Made by a program: the position numbers and the translations under genes
The notes under the pieces: model-generated
What the model was told of the DNA's origin: nothing
What the model saw: the letters and a program-made list of their open reading frames with translations, nothing else
Database searches by the model: none
Assembly (NCBI RefSeq): GCF_902459465.1
Contig: NC_047062.1
Span: forward strand, 3,596,001-3,660,000
Origin: Asterias rubens
Lineage: Eukaryota
Direction: 5' to 3'
DNA: 64,000 bases
Shown here: piece by piece, positions 1 through 12,847 of the stretch
How the letters are laid out: every line of letters begins with the position of its first letter
Numbering within the stretch: position 1 is the stretch's first letter

Positions 1-118
1 CATAAATTATTCCTTCTCAGCCCCCCTCCACCCCTTCTTAGTCCCACCCCCCCCCCCCTCTTGCCATTTGTATCCCCGCCTTTTTTTTATCCACTTTTTT
101 ATCCACTGTGGATAAGGA

Positions 119-281
119 GGGCCCAGTTTCATAGAGCTACTCAAGCAGACAACTTTGCTTAGCAAATCTAAGCAGGATACCAGTCACGAATTTCAGATGT
201 GACATGGTGTTTTGGCTGGTAACCTTACTCTGGTAAGCATAATCGTGTTGTGCTTTAAAGCAGCTCAATGAATTTGGTCCC
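119..281. mobile_element. Non-autonomous MITE, PIF/Harbinger-like (GGGCCC-A-A/G-TTTCAT termini)
   Basis: Terminal inverted repeats GGGCCCAGTTTCATAGAGCT ... AGCTCAATGAATTTGGTCCC. Related termini occur at 23843-24086, 48030-48629 and about 52125-52143. Superfamily assignment is inference. Confidence 0.55.
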
Positions 282-2159
282 TGCTCTGTGGTTGGACCCT
301 GACCTGGTAAATCTTTCAAAGGAGTTATTTTTCAAAAATTCAAGTTCAATTTTACCAGATTTTACGTGTCTACTCTGGAAATGGATGTCTGTCTTACAAA
401 TCCCCCCTCCCCCTGCATGGTGAAAAATTTATGACCTCTTGCATTCCTTTTAGTCAAATTTGTAATCTAGCTGTCAGATGTGCAGATGATTTGCATAGCT
501 TTGTTTCTCGTTTCCATCAGAACGCTTTGGTGTGAGCTAGAGCAGACATATTTTGTGATCATTTTGTTTATAAATAATAAATGGTATCGTGTTTGATTGA
601 TTGTTTCAAGCAATCTCCGCTGGACGTGTAAAAACTCTCGTGCACAAACTTTGAAATTCAAAAAGCATTTAACTCCAGAAGAAATAGCAGAAGAATGCAT
701 AAATGAGACAGGTTTATTATGGAAACCTTGTAAATTATTTCAGTATGTAAACTTCAAGTAATCTTAGCAGCTCTCACTCTAAATATTTGTATTTTGTCCA
801 GATCTATAAATATCAACCTTTTGCAATCCTATCATACTTTGGTAGAGGAGTTTTCGCTTTAAGACTGTGTTTGACACATTAGGTGAGCTGGTAATTTTCC
901 TCAATATCTAGGACAGATCTTGACGTAAATGGCATTTTTTCTCTCTCAAGTGTTTATATATACAGAATATTTGACCCTTGGTTGACATAAAGTTAAGCTT
1001 AAGGTTGCCAGCGGCAAAATAAACAACAAGAGTGTTATAATTAGTGTTCCAGTTCCAGGACGTGGGAGCATGGAGGAATCCACCATGGTGGGAGACAAAG
1101 CACACGTACGTAACAAAAATCACATCACCATCTTTTATAGGCCTATGTATTTTTAAGTGGCCAGTTGCATACGATAAACACAAAATGTAAGTTGTTCAAA
1201 AGTTATGTTATTGTGTCCAACCTTAACCAACTCATTATTCTGTCGTCAAATTTTACGGTCGATTAACAAGGGCAAGCTGTCCCAGTCTGAAGCCATAAAT
1301 TTTCCCCGCTAGCCACGTTGTTTGTAAATCCAATGTTCTTGTTGCTGTAAAAATTGATGCCCTTGAGTGTTCTCCCTGTGGGCTGGAAGGTGAACACCAC
1401 TGTTTACCTCATTGATCTTCCCTCAAGGTACAAAAACCTCTTTTTTTAAAACAGCTCTTGTGTGTTCTGAACGAGCTCTCGTGTGATCGTGAAGCGTGCA
1501 GGCACTTTACAGGAACTTGTTTAACAATTTAAGCCCACCATTGACTTACCACCTGCATAAACACTATAGAGCAACAGTTACAATGATGTGCTCAAAGTTG
1601 TGCCTTTTTAGCTGCGTGATGTCAGGTCATGAAGTACCATTATACATCGGAGGTGTTCAATTGTTCTGTATCCACCTTCCTCCATTTTGGATGGTTTTTG
1701 TAAAATGAGTGGTTTGAAATTCATGGTCATAGTGAATTGCATAAGTAACATAGACTTAAGAAGTAATTGTAAACTTGCGGCTACAACCATTTGGAGGGGT
1801 GTTGGCTCTGAAAATGTCAAACCACTGTTGGTTTTTTCTACTGTTCAACACACAATAATTAAAGAAACATGTTAGAAAAGACATTGAACGTGTTAACAGT
1901 GGTTTGAGTTAATAGTTTGTTCAGTATTTACAACCCTGCTGTTAGAGCAGTTTTCACAAGAATTATTGTAAATGTGTGTTACTAAACAATTTTGTTTTTT
2001 AACCATGTAAGCAGCATGTACTAAGTTCTGACTTGCAAGTATTTTATTTTCTGATGTAGGCCCTACCAGTTGGCCTAAGTTTTATGGTTTTAAATCTTTA
2101 TCTCCAAATTCCACTCCGTTACACACTTATTGCGGCAAAGAGTAAGAAGAACAGATGCT

Positions 2160-2543
2160 TAAAGGCAGTGAACACTATTGGTATTTACTCAAAATAGTTA
2201 TTAGCATAAGACCTTACTTTGTAACGAGTAATGGGAGAGATTGAAAGTATTAAACATTGTGAGAAACACTCCCTCTGAAGTAGTGTAGTTTTTGAGAAAG
2301 AAGTAGTTTTCCTCAAATTTGATTTTGAAACCTCAGATTTAGAATTTGAGGTCTCGAAATCAAGCATCTGAAAGCACACAATTTCGTGTGACAAGGGTGT
2401 TTAATCTGTCATGGTTATCTCGTAACTTCGACGAACAATTGAGCTCAAATTTTCACAGGTTTGTTATTTTATGCATACATGTTGAGATACCCCAGATGTG
2501 AAGACTAGTCTTTGACAACTACCAATAGTGTCCAGTGTCTTTA
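2160..2543 (+). mobile_element. Kolobok-like MITE family A (subfamily A1)
   Basis: TTAA-AGGCAGTGAACAC ... GTGTCCAGTGTCT-TTAA. TTAA target duplication with AG..CT termini fits Kolobok. Central hairpin TTGATTTTGAAACCTCA/TGAGGTCTCGAAATCAA. About 16 copies in the window. Confidence 0.85.
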
Positions 2544-2975
2544 AAGAGTATCATTTTCTTATGTAACCAATGATGTAATGCTGCTGGTGATTCTTGTTTA
2601 TTGTTCTCCTTCATCCATAATTCTTTAGACCTCTTGGAGTCCAAAGGGCTTAATGTCACACTCCGTCAATTTCATTGAAGAATGAGCAATTAATCGGAAT
2701 TGTTCTGGCGTCTCATCCACTTTCTATTGACTTCCGGCCTGGGGAAAGTTTTCAATAGTTACCCTCTCTATAAAATGAGATTAGTTTGAGAGACTGATCC
2801 CTCTGACTAATCCTAGTATAATCAGACAGGAGGATGAAGCTGTCATCCAGATGAGATTAATTGCCCCTTCTACTTATATAACTGTCTTCTATCATGGGAC
2901 ATTTCATGGAGAGGACCTTCTTTAAAGGCACTGGACACTTTGGGTAATTACTCAAACTAACTTGGTAATGAGCAA

Positions 2976-3174
2976 TAAGCCTTTTTGACGTGATACGCGC
3001 GCGTCACACGCCGCGACTGATGCCACGCTCACCATGTTGGTGGTCATTAGGTTTACGTGTCAATGCCGCGTCTTCACTGAATAACATACGTTCTATTTTA
3101 TGATCAATACGCACAAATTTACCACAACTTTACAGTGTTGTAGCATTGTGTCCGCCATATCTCAAAAAGGCTTA
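2976..3174. mobile_element. Nested MITE (TAAGCCTTTTTGA termini)
   Basis: Perfect inverted termini TAAGCCTTTTTGA / TCAAAAAGGCTTA. Its interior matches 44729-44806, and a related terminus is at 59932-59942. Confidence 0.75.
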
Positions 3175-3473
3175 GTGAGAGCTGTGGATAGTAAACATTA
3201 TGAGAAACGGCTTCCTCTGAAGTAATGTAGTTTTTGAGAAAGAGGTAATTTCTCATTCAATAATAATTAAAGACTTCAGGCCTGAAGCCTTTTATTGGCA
3301 TCTGAAAGCACACAAATTTGTGCAACAAGGGTGTTTTTTTTTTTCAATATTCTCTTGCAACTTTGATGACCAATTGAGTCAAAAATTTTCACAGATTTGT
3401 TATTTTATGCATTTTATATTGGAATACACCAAGTGAGAATACTGTTTTTTTGACAATTCCCAAAGGTGTCCAG

Positions 3474-3621
3474 GGAATGGATTTCACAAAGAGTTAAGAC
3501 TAGTCTTATCTCTAGTTAGGACCAGTTACTCGTCCTAACTTAGGACTATCCATGCAATTTGTATATCTCCTAGAACTAGTCCTAAGTTAGGACTAGTCCT
3601 AACTCTTTGTGAAATCGGCTG
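3474..3621. mobile_element. Nested MITE with CAG target duplication, Harbinger-like
   Basis: GATTTCACAAAGAGTTA ... TAACTCTTTGTGAAATC inverted repeat, flanked by duplicated CAG inside the host TIR (GTGTC-CAG..CAG-TGCCTTTA). The same terminus is at about 63730. Confidence 0.75.
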
Positions 3622-3960
3622 CAGTGCCTTTAATAATCCTAGCTGTCTGTCTTACTTATCAAGAGTGATCTTCAATGTCTGTACTTGCTTTATATGCTGA
3701 ATTCAGTCAGTTGTGAAATCTTTTGAGATACTATCGGATGAAATATTGACTTTTCTTTACAGTCCCTTCAAGATGATTTCCGTCTTAGTCTTAAGCTGTG
3801 TATGGCGAGAGAATAGAGAAGTTAGATTGTAAAGTCACCTGTTTTGCCCCTATCTTATTGTATTGTAGTGCACCCTTTCTCAATGTTGCTTCCTGTGGAA
3901 GAATCTTATGCAAGCAGGTTTTTTCTGCGGTCGATACATTTGAAGTTTAATAGATGTTAA

Positions 3961-4143
3961 GTTTTGCATCAGATAAAGAATATGTTTTTGTTTTGACCCT
4001 TACACCATTACGCATATGCTCTAGTAATGCAAAGGTCCTGGGTTTGAATCCCACCTGAGTGAATTGTATGTGGTTTTTTCACAGACCTTAGGGAAAGTAC
4101 GAAGTATACAGTGCTTAATACACATCGGTGAAAGGGTAAAAAC
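3961..4143. mobile_element. tRNA-derived SINE-like element fragments in fold-back arrangement
   Basis: B-box-like GGTTTGAATCCC at about 4042, and body TACAGTGCTTAATACACATCGGTG shared with 14460-14650. 3961-4006 is the reverse complement of the element 3' end. Confidence 0.55.
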
Positions 4144-4354
4144 TATAGACGATGTGACCTATGTTTACATTCAAACCACCTTCTGTTGACAAAACACTGT
4201 ACACATCATGTTTCCCCGGGCAAAAAGACGCGTAGTCATGGTAAGATTGCATACACTTTCTAGGTGGCTGCCAAAACACAAAGGTTTTGCCCGGCGGTAT
4301 GCGCGCGAATCATGTTATGGTTTTCGAGTGACGTCAGAGGTCACATTGTCTATA
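4144..4354. mobile_element. MITE (TAGACGATGTGACCT termini), inserted in the SINE-like element
   Basis: TATAGACGATGTGACCT ... AGGTCACATTGTCTATA. A second full copy lies at 47202-47415. Confidence 0.8.
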
Positions 4355-4609
4355 TTGTTTATTAGATGAAAAATTGCATCGGGGGTATGTTCTTTATTCA
4401 ATACAAAAACTTAACATCTATTATAAACTGATTTTGAACCTTCAAATATATTTAAAAGTTATTATTATTTTTTGTCCCCCTGGTCCGTACACCATTTGTG
4501 TTTGTACTGGTGGTCTTTCTCTTGTTATCTCTTTATGATTTTTTATTTTCTCCAGCTGATAGTACAGACTATCATTTGGGCAGTCGCTTGGGCATGATTG
4601 ACTGAACTA

Positions 4610-5003
4610 CAGTCGAACCTCGTTATAAAGAGCAATGTTTTAAGTCCCTTTCACATGAGAGCCATTTAGCTGCTAAGTTTTAGCATGGTTAAACAATATT
4701 ACAAAACGTACATCATGTGAAAGTACAACAATTTGTGTACTGTCCAATTGGTCTCTAGTAAAATCGTGTCAAACACTTGCTACATTTTACAACCATGCTA
4801 AAATTAAGCAAGGGACCCCTGATAAATTTCTGTCGTGTGAATAGCGCTTTTTAAAGGTTCAGCTTATAAAGAGTACATGTTGAAGTCCTGAATCTCATTT
4901 CTGCCTTGTGTTTCTTTGTTGTGCCGTCCTCTTACACAACATTCCTGTTATAAAAAGGTAGTTAAGGTTGTCCAAGTGTTCATGTTATAACAAGAGTCGA
5001 CTG
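4610..5003. mobile_element. Tc1/mariner (pogo/Tigger-like) MITE
   Basis: TA-CAGTCGAACCTCGTTATAA ... TTATAACAAGAGTCGACTG-TA (TA duplication, CAGT termini). Contains an internal palindromic insert at about 4641-4849. Confidence 0.75.
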
Positions 5004-5055
5004 TAGAGGGTTGGAGATTGTTAAGTGTGGTTAACCCGCCAGTCGAGCTGCCTCT

Positions 5056-5428
5056 TAAAGGCACTGGACACGTTTGTTAATTTTCAAAGACCAGTATTTT
5101 CACATGGTGTATCCTAACATATGCATGAAATGACCAACCTGTGAAAATTTTTGCTCAATTGGTCATCAAAATGGCAAGAGGATAATAAAAGAAAAAACAC
5201 CCTTTTAGCACAAATTTGCGTGCTTTCAGATGCCAAATAAAAGGCTTTAGGCCTGAAGTCTTTTATTGAATGAGAAACTACCTCTTTCTCAAAAACTACG
5301 TTACTACAGAGGGAGCCGTTTCTCACAATGTTTTATAATATCAACAGCTCTCCATTGCTTGCTACCAAGTAAGTTTTTATGTTAACAATATTGTTTAGAG
5401 TAATTACCAAACGTGTCCAGTGCCTTTA
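5056..5428 (-). mobile_element. Kolobok-like MITE family A (A2)
   Basis: TTAAAGGCACTGGACAC ... GTGTCCAGTGCCTTTAA, in reverse orientation relative to 2160. Confidence 0.85.
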
Positions 5429-6932
5429 ACAACACCATATATTTGAGTCACTCACTTGTGAGATCTGTTGCCCAAACTGCTCGGAGGTTTGCCTAAAATG
5501 AATTAATAGTTTCAATGCTATGAAATGACTTGACAGATTTCGTTTGGTTTGTTGATGAGTATGTCTTAACATTTGATGATTAGATTTAGGCTCAACAGCT
5601 ATATGAAATTGGGATCTAGACACTTTTTTTGCGCATTCGTACTCCACATTATTAGGCATTCTTTGCTTACACAGCTAGCGCATAAATTTGCGGACAGTTA
5701 ACGGAGAATAGTGATTGTAAACTCAGAATTTGGTGGTTATCAGAGCTACAAAATTGGACCAAGATCAGTGTCTTTTTTGCAAAGTTTGTGAAACTTCAAC
5801 ATATTTCAGATATGACATTAGTGTCCTTACAACATGAAAACAAGAAAAGAATCATAGACCTTCTTAGTGGTAAATTTAATTGATTTGAATTGTGACTGAT
5901 TAAGTTAGTTCTCACACGCAGAGGTTTTTCTTTCTCTAGGGCTGATTAAATCAGAAAATGCAAAAACTTGTCATAAACCTTCAGTACTTTTTCCACGTTC
6001 CTCAAGATTTAATTTGAAAAGAGGAAGATAAACACAGATTTTATTAACTGCTTTCCAGTGAATAAAGGATTGAGTGTTTAATAGTGCCTTGAACTTAAAG
6101 CCTTCAATAACTCTACATGTTTTCACCTCCGGGCCAGCAAATCTACCTTAAAAGCCCCAATTCTTTTGCAATTTTAACCTAAAAGATAATTACAAGTTTT
6201 TTCCTTCTTCAAAGAACGATCAGCTGATAACATTAACAATTTTGTCCTTGACTCTCGGGGGCAGATTAAGAGCACGGACCCACCAAGATTAAAGCCCCAA
6301 ATTAGAAAAAAAAAATTAGGCTGATACGGAAAGAAATTCTCACATACTTAACCCGTGACCGGGACTCATCAAAAGTTGAGCAATGTTTCCTTTCTTGAAG
6401 GCTCAATTCATATTGCGAGCACTTAATCAGAAATCTTAAACAAGAAGAAGGGAGAAAAAGCGGTACGGAAAGTGTTAAGCCAGCTTACATGTTTCTAAAT
6501 CATAGCCACGGGGTCGTGGTATTGAGTTGGTAGTTTAAATACTTACAAGCTATAATGCCAACAACCCAATCAGACTCAACAAGGTCAAACTTGTACAACA
6601 AATTATTACAAATCTGTACATGTTGTCCTAACACATGGAGGTTGTACTTTCATTCTTTAAGCCTTTTGCTGCCTAGCGGTGTTTCTTTTGTTAATTTTTA
6701 CATCAACAAACAAGTGAATTCGTACTTTAAACGTGGTGTCCTGGTGGCAGTTAAGTGCCAAGGTCTTACAAAACGAAGGTCTAGATTGCTTTAAGATACA
6801 GTTCAGGACTAGTTTCTTTTCCTTCTTTCAAATTCCAATGCAAAACTTATACAAAAGACTTCATTTATAAAAGAAGACTGAACAAAATTGTTTCACATGA
6901 CTTTGTCAGATGTTGCTTTTTTGTGTTACTTA

Positions 6933-7109
6933 TAAGATTTTCAAAAGCAGGAAATCCTTAACCAAACCAAGTCTGACAATAAAAGAAAATAGAAGAAAGT
7001 GTGGATTTAGGAACCAGTCTTTCTAAGATTTTCAAAAACAGGAAATCCTGAACCAAACCAAGTCTGACAATTGAGAAATAGAAGAAAGTATGGATTTAAG
7101 AACCAGTCT
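6933..7109. repeat. Tandem duplication, about 91-bp unit x2
   Basis: TAAGATTTTCAAAA..GGAAATCCT.AACCAAACCAAGTCTGACAAT..AACCAGTCT starts at 6933 and 7024. Confidence 0.9.
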
Positions 7110-7221
7110 CACAGTTGTATGCAAGTTTGAGATCAGTACGACAGTAGACGGTCAAACTCTCTTAAAACAAATTTATATGTGTTTCATTTGCAGTATTGGA
7201 TTGGCATTGCATCTGCATGGT

Positions 7222-7845
7222 TTTCAGACACTACGTGTAGTTTGTTAAAGTGGTCCAATCACACCCCCCCCCCTAAATGATGATGTTTCCTCAATGATGA
7301 TGAAGACATTGCTCCAAAAAAAACCTGAACAGATGTGCTTATAAAGCATCACCAAGTCAAATCTAATCCCAAACCTGTAATGTCTGATTTAAAACTTTGC
7401 CTCCAATCCTCCTGAGACTTCCTTAGATACCTTCCATGGAGAGCATCAAATATGGAAAAGCAATGAGTACTTCTGGCACTTCTGCTGAATCAATTCGGAT
7501 GCAAATTTCCCTGAAAACAAATTTCTGTGTGTGTTTCATAATCTTTGCAGTTTCAGACTCTACCTGTAGTTTTTTAAAGTGGTCCAATCACCCCCCCCCC
7601 CCCGCCCCAAAATGTTGATGTTTCCTCACTCATAAAGACATTGCTCCAAAAAAACTGAACAGATGTGCTTAAAAAAGCATCACCAAGCCAAATCTAATTC
7701 TGAAATCTGTAATGTCTTATTTAAAACTTTGCCTCCGATCATCCAATGACTTCCTTAGATACCTTACAAGGAGAGTCTCAAACATGGAAAGCAATGAGTA
7801 CTTCTGGCACTTCTGCCAAATCAATTCGGATGCAAGCTTTCCTGT
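7222..7845. repeat. Diverged tandem duplication, about 330-bp unit x2
   Basis: AAAGTGGTCCAATCAC-polyC ... AGCAATGAGTACTTCTGGCACTTCTGC ... TCAATTCGGATGCAA occurs twice (about 7222-7513 and 7551-7845). Confidence 0.85.
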
Positions 7846-10800
7846 CAGGAAAGCATTAATTCTAAGCCCCATCCTTTCACTCAAAATCAAAATTTGAGTA
7901 GGTATGGAGTCCAGATTTCCTCAGAAGTAACAAAATGGTTAGGAGGAGAATTTGTACTTTTTTTGACATGGGTAATTATTTTGGGGTCATGTGCTATGAT
8001 TTGTACTACTTTATTCAGATTTTAGAAGTAAAATTGCTCATACAATTTTAATGCCGCAATTTTAATGCACATTTGATATTCAGTTCTTTCTTTTGACCCA
8101 ACCTCCCACAATTTCGAGAGAGAAAAAAAAGAAATAGTTAAACATCTATTTTCTGACTTGCCCTTAACCCCATTAGTTCATATGAAACAAAGAAACACAT
8201 AACTTGAAAGGTTTAAACCAAGCAATCTTTAGGCTGCTTAGCACACTTCTTTTCTGAACACAAACAAATGTTGTAATAGAGCCTCTCTCACACTGCAGTC
8301 ATCTTTGTCAGATTCCCTGTATACACAATGGCACAAATAGTTTGAATTTTCAAGTTGTTAAAAGGAGCCAGACTGTATTCCCTCCAGCCTCACTTTGGTC
8401 ACATTGGTTTGAATGAATGAAAAACAAATTGGCTGCAACCGTGATTAAAGTCTCCAGAATTAGCACAAACAGCTTGTCTCCATGATGGAGGAAATATTCA
8501 TTGGGCCTGGTTCCATGCCAATTATTTCTATCAAATAAATCTGTCAAGAAACATTTGCTGCCTCCAAGAGCTCAATAAAAAAAGTTGTCCCCTAAATATC
8601 ACAAACAAGATATAGGACTGGAGAAAAGTGCAGAATCAGGGTGTGCAAGATCTGTAGGTGTATTATACCATGTTCCTATTAGGTCTCAGTCAGTCATGAT
8701 GATAAAGCTCAAATCAGTTCAAGGCTAGCAGACAGGGGGAAAAACTTGACTATACAGAGGAAATGCTTAGATCTTTTGCTGATTGAGTAAAACAAGGTGG
8801 CCGATTTATGGGGGGAACACTAGGAACTTAAGGTTGGGGGGGGGGGTTGAGATTGACTTCAGATGAAGACTGTCTTGGAGATGGGTCTATTTGCTTCTCT
8901 GTTCAAGGGAGTTTCATTTGGGGTTTGAAGTGTTTTTGAGAATATTTTGCAAATGTAAAAAGTTTCTTCATCCATTACAGTGAACTATTTAAGTGTGAAA
9001 AAAAAAACACAAACGTCCACAGATCATGATGGTAGGAAGCTTCCTTTATTACTTGCTGAGGTGCTGTAGTTTTTGAGGAATGATTAAAGCAATTTCCCGA
9101 AATTTAAGTTAGCATGTACAATGGATTTACACGACTCTCCTGAAAACTTCTACAGGGTAATTATTTTGTATACATCTTCATTCACAGTGACTGATTATAT
9201 GGGTTCATGTCATGGCCAACAACTTGATCTACAAAAGGTATCAAAACCCTTTAACAAAATCTTTTTCCATACCATACTAAGTCGGCCAAATGCAAATGAG
9301 TTTCTTATAAAAATGATGCTGCAGTATGTTAGACATCCATTTCCTGTGACTCTTGAGAAGTTGAAATGCCATAGAGGGGTTAACCAAAGAGAGATGTACC
9401 TTTGGGAGCCTTCAAGGCATGCAAGTGTCGCCTCATCCTCCCATAGATCTGTTCTAAAGATGCCCCACCTGAGGATTGACATTTCTCGAAGTCACAGAAT
9501 TAAGTATTATACTGCCAAAGTAATCCCATGACCATCTTGCACTCTTCTTTAGTGACCCCCATTTAATATGGCACAGTGCTGCCTTAGAAATATATCTGCT
9601 TGAAATTGTCAGAAAATAAGGACTGAATATGAAAAGGTGAAGTTTTCCAACAAAGCAACTTTAAAAATCAGAATAGATTAAGAGATGTTTTTTAAAGCCT
9701 GTGAGCTACTTCTGTGAAGAAATGATGTTTTATCTAGCTTGCTTTCTTCTTGAAAACAGTTTGTTGAAGTGTACTTTTCCCCCATCTTGGATTTAAACTG
9801 ATTTGAGTACATAGGGTCCATGCTGCCATTATGATGAGCCAATATGAGCCAATATTTATAACACATAGGGAGAGTGTTAGCTAAATTTAGAAATGTACCT
9901 GTGGCCAGCAAGATAGTTTGACAGCTTTAGTTGTGGGATTTGCCAATACTGAAGAATCAATCATTATCATACATTAAGCATATTGTACTAAAAAAGCAGA
10001 CTGCGCAAGTATTTACATAATTTTGTTTCTTTATTTTTTTTGTGTGTGCTAATATCAATACAAATTTGGTTTGCGATAACACCATGTGTGTATCTTCCTG
10101 CCGGTTAGATTTTGTTCTTAAGAAAAACCTGTCTTGCTTTATATTCTACTACTGCAAACCAAATATCCTATTAAATGATACCTCACTATGCAAATCCCAT
10201 ATTTCTAACATCAACTTCCTTGTATGTGTCCACAAGCCTTTCACTCAAGTCTAAAATCCTAGACTAGAATCAAACTGTGTAGAGTACAGGATTCTGTGAT
10301 AAATAGTAACGTTTGACTGCTAGGGGGGTAAATGATGACATTGCTTCTCAAGATCTTATCCCCCTTCTTCCTCGTAACTGCTGAAAGAGACTCCACATAC
10401 ACACACACACACAGACAAACAAACACAAAAACCCTCAAAATGCACATCCGGCAACAATAATCAACCGATTTCATCAAGATTGTAACCAAGTGTTGATTGA
10501 AGACGTTGAACAAGTGGAGAACGAGTTAAATGTGAAATTGAAAATCAAAGATGACAGTTATTAATATGAAAATGACACAGGATTTCTGGTTTTCAGAGTG
10601 GATTATACGTGTTTATGTTTGGCCAGCTGAGGAGGGTCGATGCACTATTTTTTTCTTTCAAGAACACATCTTAATGGTTTTGCAGTGTCACCTGTGGGTT
10701 TTATGTCTTCTTATCCTCCGTGTCCGAGTCAAGATGTCTGTTTTTCATCACTGTGTAAATTCATTATGACACTCACCTGGGCTCGTTAGTTTTGTATGTA

Positions 10801-11494
10801 GTTTTTATAGACACAGTTGGAGGGATGTGCAGAAGGTATTATGTAGGATTAAATCATTAATTTGAATGAGACCTTGGTATGTTAAAGGGGGTTTAGAAAC
10901 GGGCTTTGCGGAGACGCTCTCGCTGTGGTTCTGAAAATAAGAACAGGTATCATAAACCTGGTAAGCAAAACAATTCTGCTTGTAGCAAATTTCTTTGGTA
11001 AGCAAGAAATGACCGGGGTTCCAGTGGCAGCAATGGTAACTGTGGTGTTCTAGCTGGTAGCCTATCGCTGTTAAGCAGCAGGCAAAGCATCAGCACCACT
11101 GGTAGATGCACTTTAAGATGAAATTAAAGTTGAGCCACTCTGGGGAAACAACAAAGATGTTATGGGATCTAAAAAGTCATTGCTCAATATCAGAAGTGTT
11201 AGTTTACCTTTTGCTGATCAGGATGAACTTGCTTGAGGGTGTGTGCCCCCCCTACTCTACTGCCAAGTTCAGAGGATACTTTACTTTAATACAGGTCATG
11301 TGCACTTTACTACCCAATGATTAAGTAATAAATGCCACTGTGATGGATTTCACTGGGTGGGTAGAAACATGGAGGTAGAAATTACTTACCTGGATTATGG
11401 ATGATCTGTGGCCAGACTGACATTTTTTAAGTGAAGCCAGAACAAAACACTTTTAGCCAAAAGTCATATACAGAAATTTAGAATTGAGAAATGT

Positions 11495-11716
11495 NNNNNN
11501 NNNNNNNNNNNNNNNNNNNNNNNNNNNNNNNNNNNNNNNNNNNNNNNNNNNNNNNNNNNNNNNNNNNNNNNNNNNNNNNNNNNNNNNNNNNNNNNNNNNN
11601 NNNNNNNNNNNNNNNNNNNNNNNNNNNNNNNNNNNNNNNNNNNNNNNNNNNNNNNNNNNNNNNNNNNNNNNNNNNNNNNNNNNNNNNNNNNNNNNNNNNN
11701 NNNNNNNNNNNNNNNN
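11495..11716. other. Assembly gap (222 N)
   Basis: Run of N characters. Confidence 1.
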
Positions 11717-12479
11717 ATACCTGGTGATCTTACCTCAAAAGGTTAAAAATTATGTTTCCAAAATGATTTCAATAACTTGGGGTTGCATAAAGATAAATTT
11801 ACTAGAGAGGGATTTGACGTCTTTGATTTCACTAATTTTGCAAAAAATAAGATTTCTTCCAGTTCGACGTTTTAGGGTTTCTGCTTCTATCAACAGAGTC
11901 CAACAAAAGCGTAATTAGTTCTAAGATAAATCAACACGCGGACCTTTAATCGGTACAATGTGCAAAAGGTAGGATGAGACTGCAAAATTTCCTTTTTTTA
12001 TTGCTCAAAGTCAAAGTGATTAAATTTAGGTTTGTGGAGGGAAGCGAGGGGAGGGGGGCCAACCTGTTAACGCTCCACTGAAAATTGATCGCACATTATC
12101 GAGAGTTCCTGGGGGAAAATGTATCATTCTGTTGCCTGGGATCAGCAATATGAAACAGAGAGGGCGAGGCAAGTTTCGATATTGTGTACAACGTGTATAG
12201 GAAACAAATTCAACATGCTCAGAGGACTGGTAGGTAACTTAACTTCCTCAAAGTATTGGAAGATGACAAACCAGTCCCCTCGGTGGAGGAGGGGGGGCGG
12301 GTTTGGGGGGGGGTCTAGAGGGAACCATTGTGTAGATTCTATACCTTTGATTTACAAAAAGGAAATTGTTGCATTCATTTGTTTAACAACATGTGTAACT
12401 GGGTTCTTTTATCTGCATTAAACACAATGCATGGGACCTGAAGGACAAAGCAATGCATGCAATGATGGTTAAAGCATCC

Positions 12480-12847
12480 AAAGGCAGTGGACACTATTGG
12501 TAATTACACAAAATAATTATTAGCATAACTTGGTAACGAGTAATGGGGAGAGGTTGATAGTATAAAACATTGTGAGAAACAGTTCCCTCTGAAGTGATGT
12601 AGTTTTCGAGAAAGAAGTATATTTCCAAGAATTTGATTTTGAGACCTCAAGTTTAGAATTTGAGGTCTCGAAAACAAGCATCTGAAAGCACACAACTTTG
12701 TGTGACAGGGGTGTGTTTTTTCTTTCATTATTATCTCGCAACTTGAGCTCAAATTTTCACAGCATTGTTAATTTATGCATATGTTGAGATACACCAAGTG
12801 AGAAGACTGGTCTTTGACAATTACCAATTTAGAGTCCACTGTCTTTA
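12480..12847 (+). mobile_element. Kolobok-like MITE family A (A1)
   Basis: AAAGGCAGTGGACACTATTGG ... GTCCACTGTCTTTAA with the family body. Confidence 0.85.

Larger units (their letters stand above)
2923..3632 (+). mobile_element. Kolobok-like MITE family A (subfamily A2) interrupted by two nested MITEs
   Basis: TAAAGGCACTGGACAC at 2923 and CAGTGCCTTTA at 3622-3632. Family sequence resumes after each insertion. Confidence 0.85.

Noticed and set aside
137-319. Minus-strand ORF with exon-like splice signals
   Set aside because: It overlaps the MITE at 119-281, which explains the sequence.
11484-11918. ORFs of 144 aa and 78 aa
   Set aside because: Artefacts of translating the N gap.
12282-12312. 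G-quadruplex-capable G-runs (also 20-60, 14720 and 20510)
   Set aside because: Homopolymer G/C tracts are common throughout the window and prone to sequencing error; no functional context.
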